Below, piece by piece: positions 51,306 through 64,000 of a DNA stretch of 64,000 nucleotides. The DNA comes from Heteronotia binoei (taxonomy: Eukaryota): positions 8,184,001 through 8,248,000 of the forward strand of contig NC_083238.1 of assembly GCF_032191835.1 (NCBI RefSeq). Direction: 5' to 3'. The notes below the pieces were generated by a model, which saw only the letters and a list, made by a program, of their open reading frames with translations, was not told where the DNA came from and did no database searches. Each line of letters starts with the position of its first letter. Position 1 is the stretch's first letter. Made by a program: the position numbers and the translations under genes.

Positions 51306-51518
51306 TGAACATATGAAGCTGCCTTATACTGAACCAGACACTTGGTCCATCAAAGTCAGTATTGTCTACTCAGACTGGCAGCGGCTCTCCAGGGTCTCAA
51401 GCTGAGGTTTTTCACACCTATTTGCCTGGACCCTTTTTGGGAGATGCCAGGGATTGAACCTGGGACCTTCTGCTTCCCAAGCAGATGCTCTAACCACTGA
51501 GCCACTGTCCCTCCTCCC
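51306..51518 (-). mobile_element. Squam2-like tRNA SINE
   Basis: Reverse complement of the 7664-7880 copy, including A and B boxes and tail. Confidence 0.88.
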
Positions 51519-52029
51519 TGTGTCAGTGGACTTGGCCTACTCACCCACCCGTATGTAAGCACAAGCTGCCCAGGCTTTTGTTCTGCACAGCCTGTTTTCC
51601 CTCTCACCCTCCAAACACTTTGTAAAGGGGTGTGTGAAGGGGAAGAACCTCAGCAGGATTGTAATGCCATAGAGTCCATCCTCCAAAGCAGCCATTTTCC
51701 CCAGAAGAAGATATCTCTGTATTGTGGAAATAGGGCTGGATTGAGCCTATGCTAACCCAGCGCTATTTCAATTTCTATATAAATTAGACTCTATACTTGA
51801 AAACTTTTTTTCTGTTTCCCAGGAGGCTTTAGGACACTTCTCATAACATCGGGTTACGGTTCAAATAACAGCTGTCTTTTAGCCTCACATGACTTTTGCA
51901 TTTTGAAATGTTTATATATTATCACATTCTAAATAGATAGTATCAGAACCTAGCTTCTTGGGACTGTCTTTGAATCACCCTATTCTTCCTGCATTTCCTT
52001 GGCCTTCTTGACCCAGAGAGATAGAAAGG

Positions 52030-52283
52030 GCTGAGTGCACAGACTCTTATCTGGGAGAACCGGGTTTGGTTCTCCACTTCTCCACATGCACCTGCTGATG
52101 TGACCTTGAATCAATCACAAGTTCTCACAGATCTGTTCTGCTCAAAAGAAGTTCTGGCTGGAAGAGCTGTCTCAGCTTCACCTATCTCTCAGGGTGTCTG
52201 TTGTGGGAAGGGGAGGGGAAAGGAGATTGTAAGCCACTCTGAGATTCCTTTGGGTAGTGAAGGTATAAATCCAATCTTCTTCT
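52030..52283 (+). mobile_element. Squam3-like SINE
   Basis: GACTCTTATCTGGGAGAACCGGGTTTG head remnant, body and TCTTCTTC tail. Confidence 0.8.
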
Positions 52284-52308
52284 TGAGCTGTGTTGTGTAC
52301 ATCACTCT

Positions 52309-52574
52309 GGTCGTTTTCGTACTTACCTTATTCCGGAGCGACGTCCCGCTTCACCGCACAGTGTCTGCGTGGATTTCGCACTACTTGCTCCGCAGAACCT
52401 GGAAGTCCCACGGCTTTTGTGTCGCAAATGTAAACCGCCAAAAACCAGTTTACATTTGTGATGCAAAAGCCGCGGGACTTCCGGGTTCTGCGGAGCAAGT
52501 AGTGCGAAATCCGCGCAGACGCTGCGCGGTGAAGAGGGACGTCGCTCCGGAATAAGGTGAGTGCGAAAACGACC
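52309..52574. mobile_element. Palindromic Harbinger-type MITE related to 48404-48689
   Basis: Fold-back with ends GGTCGTTTTCG / CGAAAACGACC; TSD not conserved. Confidence 0.8.
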
Positions 52575-55515
52575 TAAATGTCAGACACTCATCAGAGAGT
52601 AGATTGACAGTTACATTGGCTCCTATGGATGGGAAAAGGAACTTAATGTGTGAATATAGTCTTGTCCCTTGCTGTTCTTGCCAGCAACCCATTTCTCTGG
52701 GTCTTGATGAGAGCATCTGAGGATATCCTTTCTAAAATTATGGTGCACGATGCTTAAGTATTGAATTTTGATTAGTGATGTATGATTCTTACAGATTTTA
52801 ACAAATTAACATTTGGGATTGAAGTTAAATAACAGTCTCTCTTTCTTGATGCAGTTGGGGAACCAGCTTCTCTCTCTTCCCAAATGTAGTGGAAATGGGA
52901 TTGCATGCAAGGGCTCCTGTACCCTTGTTTTCCTTAACCCTCTGTCATCTGGACATCTGCTGAAAATTTGGGAGCTCTCTAGGCCCCACAAGAAAAAGCA
53001 GCAATCAAATACTTCAAATAATTTTAGACTAACAGAGTGCAAAAGCACCTATTTGATACAGTCCAAATTGCTCCAGAGTAGACCAGACCATATCCAAAAG
53101 TACAAATAGACCTTGACAGGTTCAGGTCCATCTTTTGACAGTATTTCCCTTGGAGTTTTTTTTTTACTAAAGCCCAAAAGAAGGTCGGCAGCCACCATCT
53201 GGAGAGTGGGAATCCTAGTTAAGAAACTTCTGCTCTTCTTAATTTTTAAAGAAACCTCCCCTGGATGGCTTAACATATGCAGCATTCTTTATATAAATTA
53301 ATATCTTAAGAGCTACAGAATTCATTATATAAATTTAGCTTTTGAAAGCACAGACTCAGTTTTGCTAATATCCAGGTTCTTTTTTCCCTATAGCTATTTT
53401 GTCATCCCTAGCCATAAGTCATGTGTGATACGTTGCCTGCTTCTAAGTAGAAGGAAAAGCACAACAAAATATTATAGTGGCTCTGCAATGAGGAAATCTA
53501 GAGGTGGGCTCTGCATTATTTAAAACCATTCAGAACCTTTTCCCGGCAACAAATGCACAAAAGCATCATTCATTCTTTACCAGCTTTGGCCATGATCTAA
53601 AAGAGACTTAGTTGAAAGTGAAAATGAAAGAAAAGTTAAAAGGGAAATTGCAGCCAATGTGCATATGGAATTTTCTCTTGAGTTTCCCTTTAAAATACTC
53701 TCACGACAAAGACCCAAATTAGTTTTGAAGTCTGAGAAATGAGGTAGGAAGAGGGCTATCTGTGGAGGTGGATTATGAAGATAAAACTGCCAAAAAAAAT
53801 CAGGAGCATACAGAGAACACAAGTTTATTTCTTTTGGGGCTTTTAAAAAAAAGTTTTGAGGAGCAGGAAATCACCGAACAAATTGCAATAAACTTGAATC
53901 CCAAATTCCGAAGCCTGACCCCTTATAAGTAGGGCTGGCATCAGCAGACTTTGAGGTGGGGCAGCTGCAGGGGCCCATGGTTCCTGGTGGGGGCTGCTGA
54001 GCTCCACCCATGCATCTCCCCTGCCACCTGTCTGAATACACTGTTTGCTTGAAGAAGTACTCTGCCATCAATGCTCCCAGATGCCTAGCATCGCTGGGTA
54101 AAGGCATGCAAACAACAGAGAGAGCCAGTTGGAAGCCCATGGAGGTCAGCTTAATTGGGCACCCATCACCTTAACCAAAGGCCTGGTGGAACAGCTCTGT
54201 TGGCAAAAGGGTGTGCAGGTGGTGCTGGCCACTGAGCATGGGAAGTGGGTGGTCTTACAAGTGGGAGAAGGTAGGGGCACACAAGTGGGGGTAGAAAGGT
54301 AAGGGGGGGCTGGTGGTGGACAGATGGGAGCCTCTGTCTACCTTGAGCCCCTAAAACTTGGAACTGGCCCCTTAAAACTTGGAACAAGCAAAAAAAAAAA
54401 AACATGATTAGGCATCCACAAGATAATGTGTGTGTCTTGATTAATCTGCATATTTTCATTAACAATTTTATTTCATGTGCTGTCCCAGAGTGGAAAACTG
54501 AAAAATACATGTGCATTAACATAATACATAATCAATCATGCTTTGGGAAGTCCATAATTTTGGGTGAACCACAAGAGGGCAACATAGCTTTGTCATAACT
54601 AAAGCAGCATGGGATGTGTGATCTGTTTAAAATACGAATGTATTGTTACCCAAAGGGGCAGTTTCCAATTAGTCTGGGGGGAGTTGTAAAAAGAGACTTT
54701 GTGAAAGGTAGCAACTGAGATCAAAACAGGGATTGTCCTTTTGAGAATTCTCAAAATAAACAGGTGATTTGTGCAAATTAAAGACTTTTTATTAACAAGG
54801 AAAATGAGGGAAAAGACAGGTTCATTCAGCAAAACACACAGCATTCAAGAACTAACTGGGAAAGGCAGGGAGGAGTGAGGAAACAGCATTTTAGAAACAG
54901 GCTTATATTACTAGACTTGGAGAAGTTCACAGAAGCAGCAGAGCTAGAGAGAAACAGCCAGCATTTCATTCTGTGAAGGAGAAGAAAAGAGAGCTTGGGG
55001 TGTGGCTGGTACTAAGAATATACCACAGACACAAAGCAGGCTTTGGAATACACAACACACACAAAGCAGGCTTGGGGGGGGGGGGCGTTATATGAATAGA
55101 AAAATTGTGCCCTGAGGTGGTGGGAAGGTGTGTGTGTCCCTTCCAGTGAGGAACTTTTAGAGAACAATCATGATGATTGCTTTCTCAGGGTGAAACAAAA
55201 GTTTGGACTATGGCTTGATGGGTGCTAATGACCATATTGATGACCCAAGAAGGCTTGATCAGACAGGTGATATGGAGATAAAAAGGTTAAGCAGCAGACA
55301 AAAATGATTTTGTGTATGTGGAAGAGGTTTTGAGAGTAATTGCGTGCTAGAGGTGCTAATGAAGTCTTCCAGGGACTTTTTGCATAAGTCCTGAGTAAAC
55401 CATTTGCTTAAATTATCATGCCTTCAGGGTGGGGGAAGACATCTGCCTGACCACTTCCTGATTTAGTCAAAGTTTATTTCTCTCACTTTCCTGTGGAGTT
55501 ATGTGATTGCCATTC

Positions 55516-56403
55516 AGAAGAAGAAGAAGATATTGGATTTATATCCCGCCCTTCACTCCGAAGAGTCTCAGAGCGGCTCACAATCTCCTTTCCCTTCCTC
55601 CCCCACAACAGACACCCTGTGAGGTAGATGAAGATATTGGATTTATATCCCACCCTCCACTCTGAAGAGTCTCAGAGCGGCTCACAATCTCCCCCAAAAG
55701 ACACCCTGTGAGGAAGATGAAAATATTGGATTTATATCCCACCCTCCACTCGAAGAGTCTCAGAGCGGCTCACAATCTCCTTTACCTTCCCCCCCCCCCC
55801 CAAAAGACACCCTGTGAGGTAGATGAAGATATTGGATTTATATCCCATCCTCCACTCCGAAGAGTCTCAGAGCGACTCACAATCTCCTTTCCCTTCCTCC
55901 CCCACAACAGACACCCTGTGAGGTAGATGAAGATATTGGATTTATATCCCACCCTCCACTCCGGAGAGTCTCAGAGCAGCTCACAATCTCCTTTACCTTC
56001 CTCCCCCACGACAGGCACCCTGCGAGGTAGATGAAGATATTGGATTTATATTCTGCCCTCCACTCCAAAGAGTCTAAGAGCGGCTCACAATCTCCTTTAC
56101 CTTCCTCCCCCACAACAGACACCCTGTGAGGTAGATGAAGATATTGGATTTATATCCCGCCCTCCACTCCGAAGAGTCTCAGAGCGGCTCATAATCTCCT
56201 TTACCTTCCTCCCCCACAACAGACACCCTGTGAGGTGGGTGGGGCTGGAGAGGGCTCTCACAGCAGCTGCCCTTTCAAGGACAACTTCTGCCAGAGCTAT
56301 GGCTGACCCCAGGCCATGCCAGCAGGTGCAAGTGGAGGAGTGGGGAATCAAACCCGGTTCTCCCAGATAAGAGTCCGCACACTTCACCACTACACCAAAC
56401 CAG
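55516..56403 (-). repeat. Squam3-like SINE with seven tandem copies of its about 104-bp 3' segment
   Basis: Units start at 55526, 55630, 55719, 55825, 55929, 56033 and 56137 (104, 89, 106, 104, 104, 104 bp); a single tRNA head at about 56340-56403 and a single (GAA)n tail at 55516. Confidence 0.93.
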
Positions 56404-57257
56404 TTCATGTTTGAACAGTGTCTTGGTCAGCCCCAGCTTTGGTAGCTCTTGCCCAGGATGCTCTGAACTTGAGGAGGGGTCAAGCTGTTAACAGTATAGT
56501 ATAGATTTGGCCTATCCAATGTCCTAATATCATCCTCAAATCTGCTTCACAATTACAATAGAATAATTACTTAAAGTATGAAATATATTTGAATAAATGG
56601 AGGGCAAAATCTTGCAGAGTATCGAAACACAAGCTATCTTGTAAGAAATAAATACAAGTACTATGTGTAGCTTTGACACATTTGAAGAGGTAATGCACAG
56701 ACAGCTGGTGGCTACAGTTACCCATGAATAAGGATGGAACACTACTCCAAAGGTGAGAAGCTGTTAAAGAACCCACACAACACCCTTGAGAAGCAAGTAC
56801 TATTATTCCCAATTTGCTCATATAAACTTGTACCAGGTATTACTTCTTCAGTTACTTGCAGTGCTAGGGATTTTGAGTAGAGTGTTGGAGCATTCTAGTT
56901 AGCTCAGAAAGAGAAAGAGGAAAGAAAGACACAGCAGAGGAATGGGAGAGGGAAATGTTATCTGTTATTTTTTTCTATTTCAGGTGCACAGGATGCTATC
57001 CTATGATTCTTTTTTTGTACAAAATTAGTCTTAACTGCAGTGACCTGGGAGTGGATGCTAGAGAAATTACAGCAAAGAAGATATCTAACGTACTGGGATA
57101 TTCAAAGTCCCCCATCCCTCACATTTTAGATCTTTCCACAGCTTAATTCATATGCTCCTTGAAATACTTTATCTTCCAGTAGAGAAAAATTGAAAGAGGA
57201 AAAAAACAGAATACTTAGAAACCACCAACTGACAGCATGCAGGTATATGGAATGGAT

Positions 57258-57628
57258 TTTGTTGTTCAGTCGCACAGTCCAATCCGACTCTTCGTGACCC
57301 CATGGACAAAGTCACGCCAGGCCCTCCTGTCTTCTACCATCCTCTGGTCTGCTCAAATTCATGTTTGTTACATCAGTAACACTGTCCAGCCATCTCATCT
57401 TTTGCCATCCCCTTCTTTTTTTGCCTTCTGTCTTTCCTAGCATCAGAATCTTCTCCAAGGAGTGCTCCCTTCTCATTTGGTGGCCAGAGTATTTGAGCTT
57501 CAGCTTCAGCATCTGACCTTCCAGTGAACAGTCAGGGTTGATTTCCCTTAGGACTGACTGATTTGATCTTCTTGCAGTCCAAGGGACTCTCAAGAGTCTT
57601 CTCCAGCACCACATCTCAAAAGCATCTA
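57258..57628 (-). mobile_element. BovB (RTE clade) LINE 3' fragment
   Basis: ORF 57312-57614: WCWRRLLRVPWTARRSNQSVLREINPDCSLEGQMLKLKLKY...LMLGKTEGKKRRG...RWLDSVTD. Confidence 0.92.
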
Positions 57629-57953
57629 TGGAATGGGTAATAGCATATTATTTTGTTTTTAATGAAAGGAATGCTCAAATAGACAGACACAGGAACAGTT
57701 AATATTAGTCTAGATTAGAAGCAGTTTTAGAAATGGAACCACAAAGCACAAAAATTATATCTTCTGTATAGGCTTATATATGTCTCTGCTCTACAGTTAA
57801 CAATTTATCTCAATCATATTAGCACAGCCTGTTTTAGACTAACAAATACAAATTGAAAAATAAAGCTGTAGGATTGGTTACTAAAGGCCCACTATTATTT
57901 CAGTCTAAAACATCCCTAAGCTCTGATTTATTTATTTAGTGTCAGGGACTTAC

Positions 57954-57999
57954 CACAAAGAGGAAAAAAATCAGTCTCCATAACCATGAAAAACATTAT
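57954..57999 (-). other. Candidate 46-nt exon (coding status unknown)
   Basis: Minus strand TTCTCTTCTTCTCACAG acceptor and GTG/GTAAGT donor; open only in phase 0 (IMFFMVMETDFFPLC). Confidence 0.35.
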
Positions 58000-59089
58000 C
58001 TGTGAGAAGAAGAGAATGTAAGCATTACTGTCAAATACCTAGAAGACCTTAATGTGGCAGATTTATGACAGATTTCTGTTTTGGAAATGGCATTACTGGG
58101 AAATACAAAAATGCACAATCCCCCAGATCTAACCCCACATAAGGAGTTCATAACAAACTATGGTTAGACCCAGAGGGTAGGTAAAGCCTCTATCATCAGA
58201 ATGTGTGGACAGGCTTTTAAAATAATTTTATTTAGATTACTAAATGGTTCCTATGTAGGCAGATAATAGAGAATCACACATTAATGAAATGCACATATCT
58301 TACTGTGAATGTTTTAGGCAATGGAAATATCATTGCTTGGATTGCTGTTAGTATGACTGATACACCAAAGGCTTGAAATGAAATTTATTTTGCAGCCTTT
58401 AAACTCCTGAACCAGCCCATGGTGAATCTCTGAATACAGCATTTGATTTAAATGAGATCATCCCCATTTTTAAAACAAGTATTGCATTAAAAAATTTTCA
58501 AAAGACTTCCAAGGAAAATCATTACATTTTTAAAGTCTCCAGACCTATCTTGCTATCAGGCATACCACTCTAGGAGAGGGGAGAATTTATTTCTATGTCC
58601 CCACCTCTCTCCCATGGGGGAGACCCAACTGACAAGTGAACCCATGTGAGGGGGTGATTTATCAAGTTCCACTGGGTTCTGATATCATCAAGGACAGTAG
58701 ATAACAAGTGGGCTTTTGCTGGCAAAGGCAGCCTTACCCTGTTTTTGTTTGGTTTTTAAATCATTCTGTAATTTCTGTAATCTCTTGGCTCATTCTTAAA
58801 GTTTGCCACCTTGGCTTCATTTTAACAATAATACTTAACAGAATTATAATTGCAACTTGGAAGATTGGCAGGCTGCCAGCAGCATTCAACTTCACTGTTA
58901 AGAGGAGACTTCTTGAAAATTTATGGTCTATGAATAACAGATAATTAACAAGAGATTTATGTGAGCAGTGCATAGATAAATTACTGAACTGCATTCAGTT
59001 GCTCCTTTTAAAAATACACACATACACAAAAGGAGCATTGAATGCAATATGTGTGTGTGCTATAGTAAGGGGAAATATAAGAGACAGAT

Positions 59090-59127
59090 GAAAGATAGAT
59101 GATAGATAGATAGATAGATAGATAGAT
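59090..59127. repeat. (AGAT)n microsatellite
   Basis: Direct reading. Confidence 0.9.
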
Positions 59128-61513
59128 AGAATTTTTGACAATTGTATACTTGTACACTTGCATAGAAAACAGTATAAGGAAATAATATATGGAAAATTTG
59201 TATATTTTTCAAAAGAAGAATGGCAACCGGAACATGTCAATAAGATAAAAGAAAAATAGATGAAACAGACAAAGATCAGAGAATAGAAAAAGCAATGGAA
59301 AAATGATCAGGAACACTGGAGAATCAAATGCTACAATTTGAGAAAAAAGTTCAGAAGAAAATACAAGAATCTGAGAAAAATATTCAGAGAAACATTGAAG
59401 AATCTGAGGAAGGAAGAACATCCAAGAAGTGTCTCAAGAATTATTGGCTGGATTATCATAAATTAATACAAAACTGCAAGAGCACAAGCACAAGAAATTA
59501 TAAGAATTAAAGAGAATAAAAAAGATGATATATATTTAGAAAGGCAATAGTGTCAGATTGAAAAGGCAGAACAAAGAATTGAAATTCTGGAACCTCAATC
59601 AATAACCTGTATTTTTAGAGGCATCACAGAGGATTTTGGGAGAGAGCTTTTGTGATTTACTTCAGAATTAATTGAAGAAACAAGGAGCCTTTCCTGATAT
59701 TGACCAAATTTTTAGAGTTAATTTGAGATTTGCATTTACGAAAAAGTTACTCTGAGATATATTTGTTTTTTACAATCACAAGAAAACACAAGATGCAGCA
59801 TTAAGGTTGGTTCCACACTGCTGGCTCAGAGTGGAAGTGTGCCAACCTGGAAGTGTGCCAGTGGAAACAGGAGCACACTGGAATGTACAGTGCATGGCCC
59901 ACCCCCAGAACAGGGACAGGCTGCAGGCACCCTGGAGGAGCATCCAGAGTGCTCATGCACCCATCTGCCACTCCCTAGGCACTTCATGGGCACTTCTTGA
60001 TCATCCAGAAATAAACCAAATACCACTGGAAAATACCATTCATGACAGAAGTGTACTTACCAATAGGAAGGAAACTAGTCACAACAGAAGAACAGTTTAA
60101 GCAAGTGGCTGAAGAATTGCAAGTGGAGGATTTATACAGAGAAACTGAAGGAAAATTTCTAAGCAATTGAAGCAAAGTTCACAGACTAAGAACATCGAAG
60201 AAGAAACAAACACAGAAAAGGATAAATTAGATGTGGCAGCAACATTGGAACAAAATGGATAAATTAAAAACCAAGTTCAGTAAATATTAATGGACTGAAC
60301 TCTCCCTCAAAATGCAACTAAACTTTTAATCAATTTAAAAAGCAAAACATAGATACTTTATGCCTACGAGAAACACAAATATAGAAGCAAGTTTTTATCA
60401 GAGGAATTCTACTAACAGCTGCAACAAAAAGAAGCAAGAAAAATTAAAACAAACTAAGGTAATAGTAGAAAAAATCCAGAGACTGGAAAAAGAACATAAA
60501 AGCAATCTTAATAAAGATATGCTAGCAGATATCAAACAATAAAAAAAACACAAATTAGACATGTTAGAAATGGAAGAGGTATACTAAACCCCCCCCCCAA
60601 AAAAAAAAAAAATGTCTAAAAAGAAGACATTTTGAGTAACCAAACAAACCTGGCTGGCAGACATTTGGCTTACTGTCTTAGGAAGGAAAAAAGAAATCAG
60701 AGTACTAACTGGTGTAAAGAAAGGAGATCAAATTACATATGCAGAAAAAGAAATACAGGAACACTTTATCAATGCTATTTCAGGATTATATAGAAAGAAG
60801 TCTGTTTCAGAAGAATTATTAAGAGAATATTCAAAAGATACCCCAACCATAAAATTTACATCAGAATAACATAGAAAAAATTAAAATCAAACTATAACAA
60901 TTTTTGAAATTTCCCAGACAATAAAGAACATGAAAAAGGGGACTGGATGGACTGACAACAATGTATTACAAAATTTTTGAAGAAGTATTATTTAAAAACG
61001 ATTAGCAAAAAAAAGTATTAATGATATAATTACAAAAAGTAATGACCAAGATAAAAAGGGGGGGGGGGGGAGAAAGATAATATCTCCAGTACAGCAAGAC
61101 ATGTATATAACATTAATACATAAAGAGGGCAGTGATGCAACACTACCACAGTAATACAGACCTATTTCTCTCCTGAATGTAGATTATAATTTTTTTCCCA
61201 CAATAATGGTAAAAAGACTAAGAAAAATTGTACCAAATTTAATACACAATGACCAAATAGGCTTTGTACCAAAGTCATATATGAAAAATAATGTATGGTT
61301 TATAATAGATGCAACTGATTTTGTGAACAAGAAGAGAAAGAAAGCAATATTTTTAAATTTCTGCTTGCAAAGCATGTATTTGATAATTTAACATGACCTT
61401 TTTTATTTAATGTATTTCACAATATGAGCTATGGCCCTGAATATCTTGAGCTGGATACATGGCATTTACTCAAATCAGCAAGCAAAGATTTTAATAAATA
61501 AAAAATTAACTAA

Positions 61514-62218
61514 CAGGGCTGGCCCTAGAGCACATGGCGCCCCAGGCAAACTCACTGTCCACTGCCCCCCTCCACAACTGTGGAGCCCCACCACCTGCAG
61601 GGTGAGCAGCACCAGTCGGAGCACCTGGGGGGCCCTAGGCACACCCCCACATGACCCCCCCCTTCCCTCCACCACCTTCCTTCTTCTCTTATCTGTGGTG
61701 TCGCAATGTGGAACCACACTCTGCCTCCTCCCCCGGCATGCTCAGATGAATGACATTGTCCTACTTGCTTCATTGCAGTCATGGGCATCTCAGTATAGCA
61801 GCCATGTCAAAGTGGATAAGGAAAACCAACAGCATTGCTTCTCTAAGCACACCGGAAAGGGGCGGAGTGTGGCGCCCCCTCCCCTGGAATGCTGAGAGGA
61901 GCAACTTCCTCCTTATCTGTTTTGACATGGCCACAGGCATCTCTATACTGAAATGCCCGTGGCTGCATCAAAGCAGGTAAGGAAGGATGACAGCATCACT
62001 CCTCTGAGCGCATCCTTGGACTGAGGGGACGCAGAAGGTGGCCTGCCTGCTGCCACCAGCGGAAGCCAGTAGGCCACCAGATAAAGAGTGACAGCAGTGG
62101 GCAAGAGAGGGAAATTAGGCATTTGTCTTGGTACCGGGAGGGGGGAGCCCAATTCAGCCACCCCCCTCCCAGCACCCTAGGCAAATGCCGAATTCGCCTA
62201 GTGGGCAGTAGGGCCATG
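61514..62218. mobile_element. Non-autonomous hAT element inserted in the L1 RT
   Basis: Left end CAGGGCTGGCCCTAG, degenerate right end; 8-bp TSD TTAACTAA/TTAACAAA; the L1 RT frame resumes directly after it. Confidence 0.75.
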
Positions 62219-62715
62219 TTAACAAACACAATCTCATTCAAAAAAGGAACACCTCAGGCATCTCTTTTGTCACCTCTGCTATTTATCCTAGCAATAGAGA
62301 TTCTAGCTACAAACATCAGACAAGGCACTAGGATTAAAGGAATAAAAGTAGATGATGTAGAGTTCAAAATTAAAAGCTATGCAGATGATGTGGTTCTAAC
62401 AGTCTTGAATTCCCAAAAATCATTATGGTATGTAATGGAACACATCAAAGAATTTGGATCCTTTTCATGCTACAAAATTAACAGAAAGAACAAAGAATGT
62501 AATAAAATGCTTAATGTAACAAGAAGATACAAAGAATACAGAGTGTATAGTAGCCACCAACCTCATTAAATATTCTGGAATAAATATGACTGAGTAGAAC
62601 ATTAATCTTTGAAAAAAAAACCTAAACGAAGATTTGGACATTGATACAAACAAATTTATCTCGATGGGAAAAAAAGAATGATCTTGGGATTGTGAAAAAA
62701 TCTCTGCAATCAAAA

Positions 62716-62996
62716 TGAAGAAGAAGAAGAAGAAGATATTGTATTTATATCCTGCCCTCCACTCCGAAGAGTCTCAGAGCGGCTCACGATCTCCTTTACC
62801 TTCCTCCCCCACAACAGACACCCAGTGAGGTGGGTGGGGCTGGAGAGGGCTCTCACAGCAGCTGCCCTTTCAAGGACAACCTCTGCCAGAGCTATGGCTG
62901 ACCCAAGGCCATGCTAGCAGGTGCAAGTGGAGGAGTCGGGAATCAAACCCGGTTCTCCCAGATAAGAGTCCGCACACTTAACCACTACACCAAACC
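62716..62996 (-). mobile_element. Full-length Squam3-like SINE inserted in the L1
   Basis: (GAA)n tail, body and head TTAACCACTACACCAAACC, nearly identical to 56137-56403. Confidence 0.9.
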
Positions 62997-64000
62997 GGAA
63001 TGTGTTGCCAAAACTGTTCCAAATCTTGCCCATACGTATAGAAGAAAGACAATTGAAAGAGTGGCATGGACACTTTATCAATTTATTTAGAATGGCAAGA
63101 AACCAAGAATAAGCTTCAAAATATTACAAGAGGAGAAAAAGAGAGGAGGATTAGCAGTTCCAAATATAAAATTAAATTATCCAGTAGCAGGCTTGGTCTG
63201 GATTTCAGGCTGGATTAAAAACTCAAGACAAAGAATAGTAGCTCTTGAATCGAGATGAAGTAAACCTAAATGAAGGTTTACACAATTATTTATGGATTAA
63301 GAAATCAACTGAAATGATCATAACATGAGAAACAAGTCATATAAGCCTTGTGAGAATATGGTTCACATGCCAAAATTTATTGAGCCCTCCAAATTCTCCA
63401 CTCATGTCCCCGATAGAAGCCTATCACGAAGAGAACACAAGAAATAAAAAATGATTTTTAACATATGGTATGATGATAAATACTCAGGGATAAAGCAAAT
63501 CATGGCAAGATAGTAGAGATGAAGGTATAAACATTCAGTGGTTGCTATATTATCAATCAGCTTCAAGATTAAAGAAGATAATCAACACTGAAGGTGGGGG
63601 CCCTAAGAGATGTGACTGAATTTGAACAACTGATTATAAAACAAAAAGAACAGCTACTACAATGGATATATAAGGTATTACTCCAGCTAAAAACAGAAGT
63701 GAAGAAATGTATGATGAAATGGATGCAAAACAAAAGATATCCATTTATCAATGGGAACAGTTGTGGGGAAAGATATCAAGTTTACAGCCAGCTAGCCATT
63801 GAGAGAAAATTGGTATAAATTGTTTTTTAGATTGTATATAACTCCAAAGGATATTGAGAAAGCAAATAAAAACTACAAAGGAAAATGCTGGAAATGTCAA
63901 AACATAGATGGAACCTTCTTTCATATATGGTGGATGTATAAAAAAGCAATTAGAAGGAAATACGAAAAAGGCAGAACATGCTAAAATGTAAATTGCCTAT

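Larger units (their letters stand above)
59200..64000 (+). mobile_element. Degenerate L1-clade LINE (ORF1 traces, EN, RT, C-terminal Cys motif) running off the window end
   Basis: Coiled-coil ORF1-like text at 59250-59790; SVNINGLNS near 60275; PISLLNVDY and QIGFVP at 61160-61270; GTPQASLLSPLLFIL...SYADDV (62123-62569); CWKCQNIDGTFFHIWW (63799-63984). Confidence 0.88.

Noticed and set aside
55526-56230. CRISPR-like regular repeat
   Set aside because: Units are contiguous with no unique spacers, derive from a SINE, and the genome is eukaryotic.
38539-57146. Joining the plus-strand exon candidates (38539, 40873, 56980) into one gene
   Set aside because: The first exon ends in phase 1 while the second is open only in phase 2, and the peptides were not recognised.

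Overview
Eukaryotic, transposon-dense window from a squamate genome, probably a gecko-like lizard (judged from Squam2-like and Squam3-like tRNA SINEs, BovB, L2 and L1). No intact host gene could be assembled; only isolated exon-like segments were found. The centrepiece is a nearly complete Ngaro-type tyrosine-recombinase retrotransposon (24409-31280) with split direct repeats A1-ORFs-B1-A2-B2. It encodes Gag with a CCCH/CCHC zinc finger, RT/RNase H, an intact tyrosine recombinase and an intact SGNH hydrolase. The hydrolase has no ATG before its catalytic Ser. It sits behind a strong 3' splice site that is in phase with a GTAAGC donor in gag, predicting a spliced Gag-N/esterase fusion of about 336 aa. 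This element inserted with no target duplication into the zinc-finger codons of an older relative, and a third, gag-only decayed relative lies at about 8-11.5 kb. Other notable items: a PEG10/sushi-like Ty3/Gypsy relic with an intact G-GGA-AAC slippery site and H-type pseudoknot; a solo LTR with a Pro/Glu- and Arg-rich U3 ORF; a 7-unit tandem array of a SINE 3' end; 5S-derived SINEs; and several hAT and Harbinger MITEs with clear TSDs. There are two assembly gaps. Family names come from motif recognition, not database searches.
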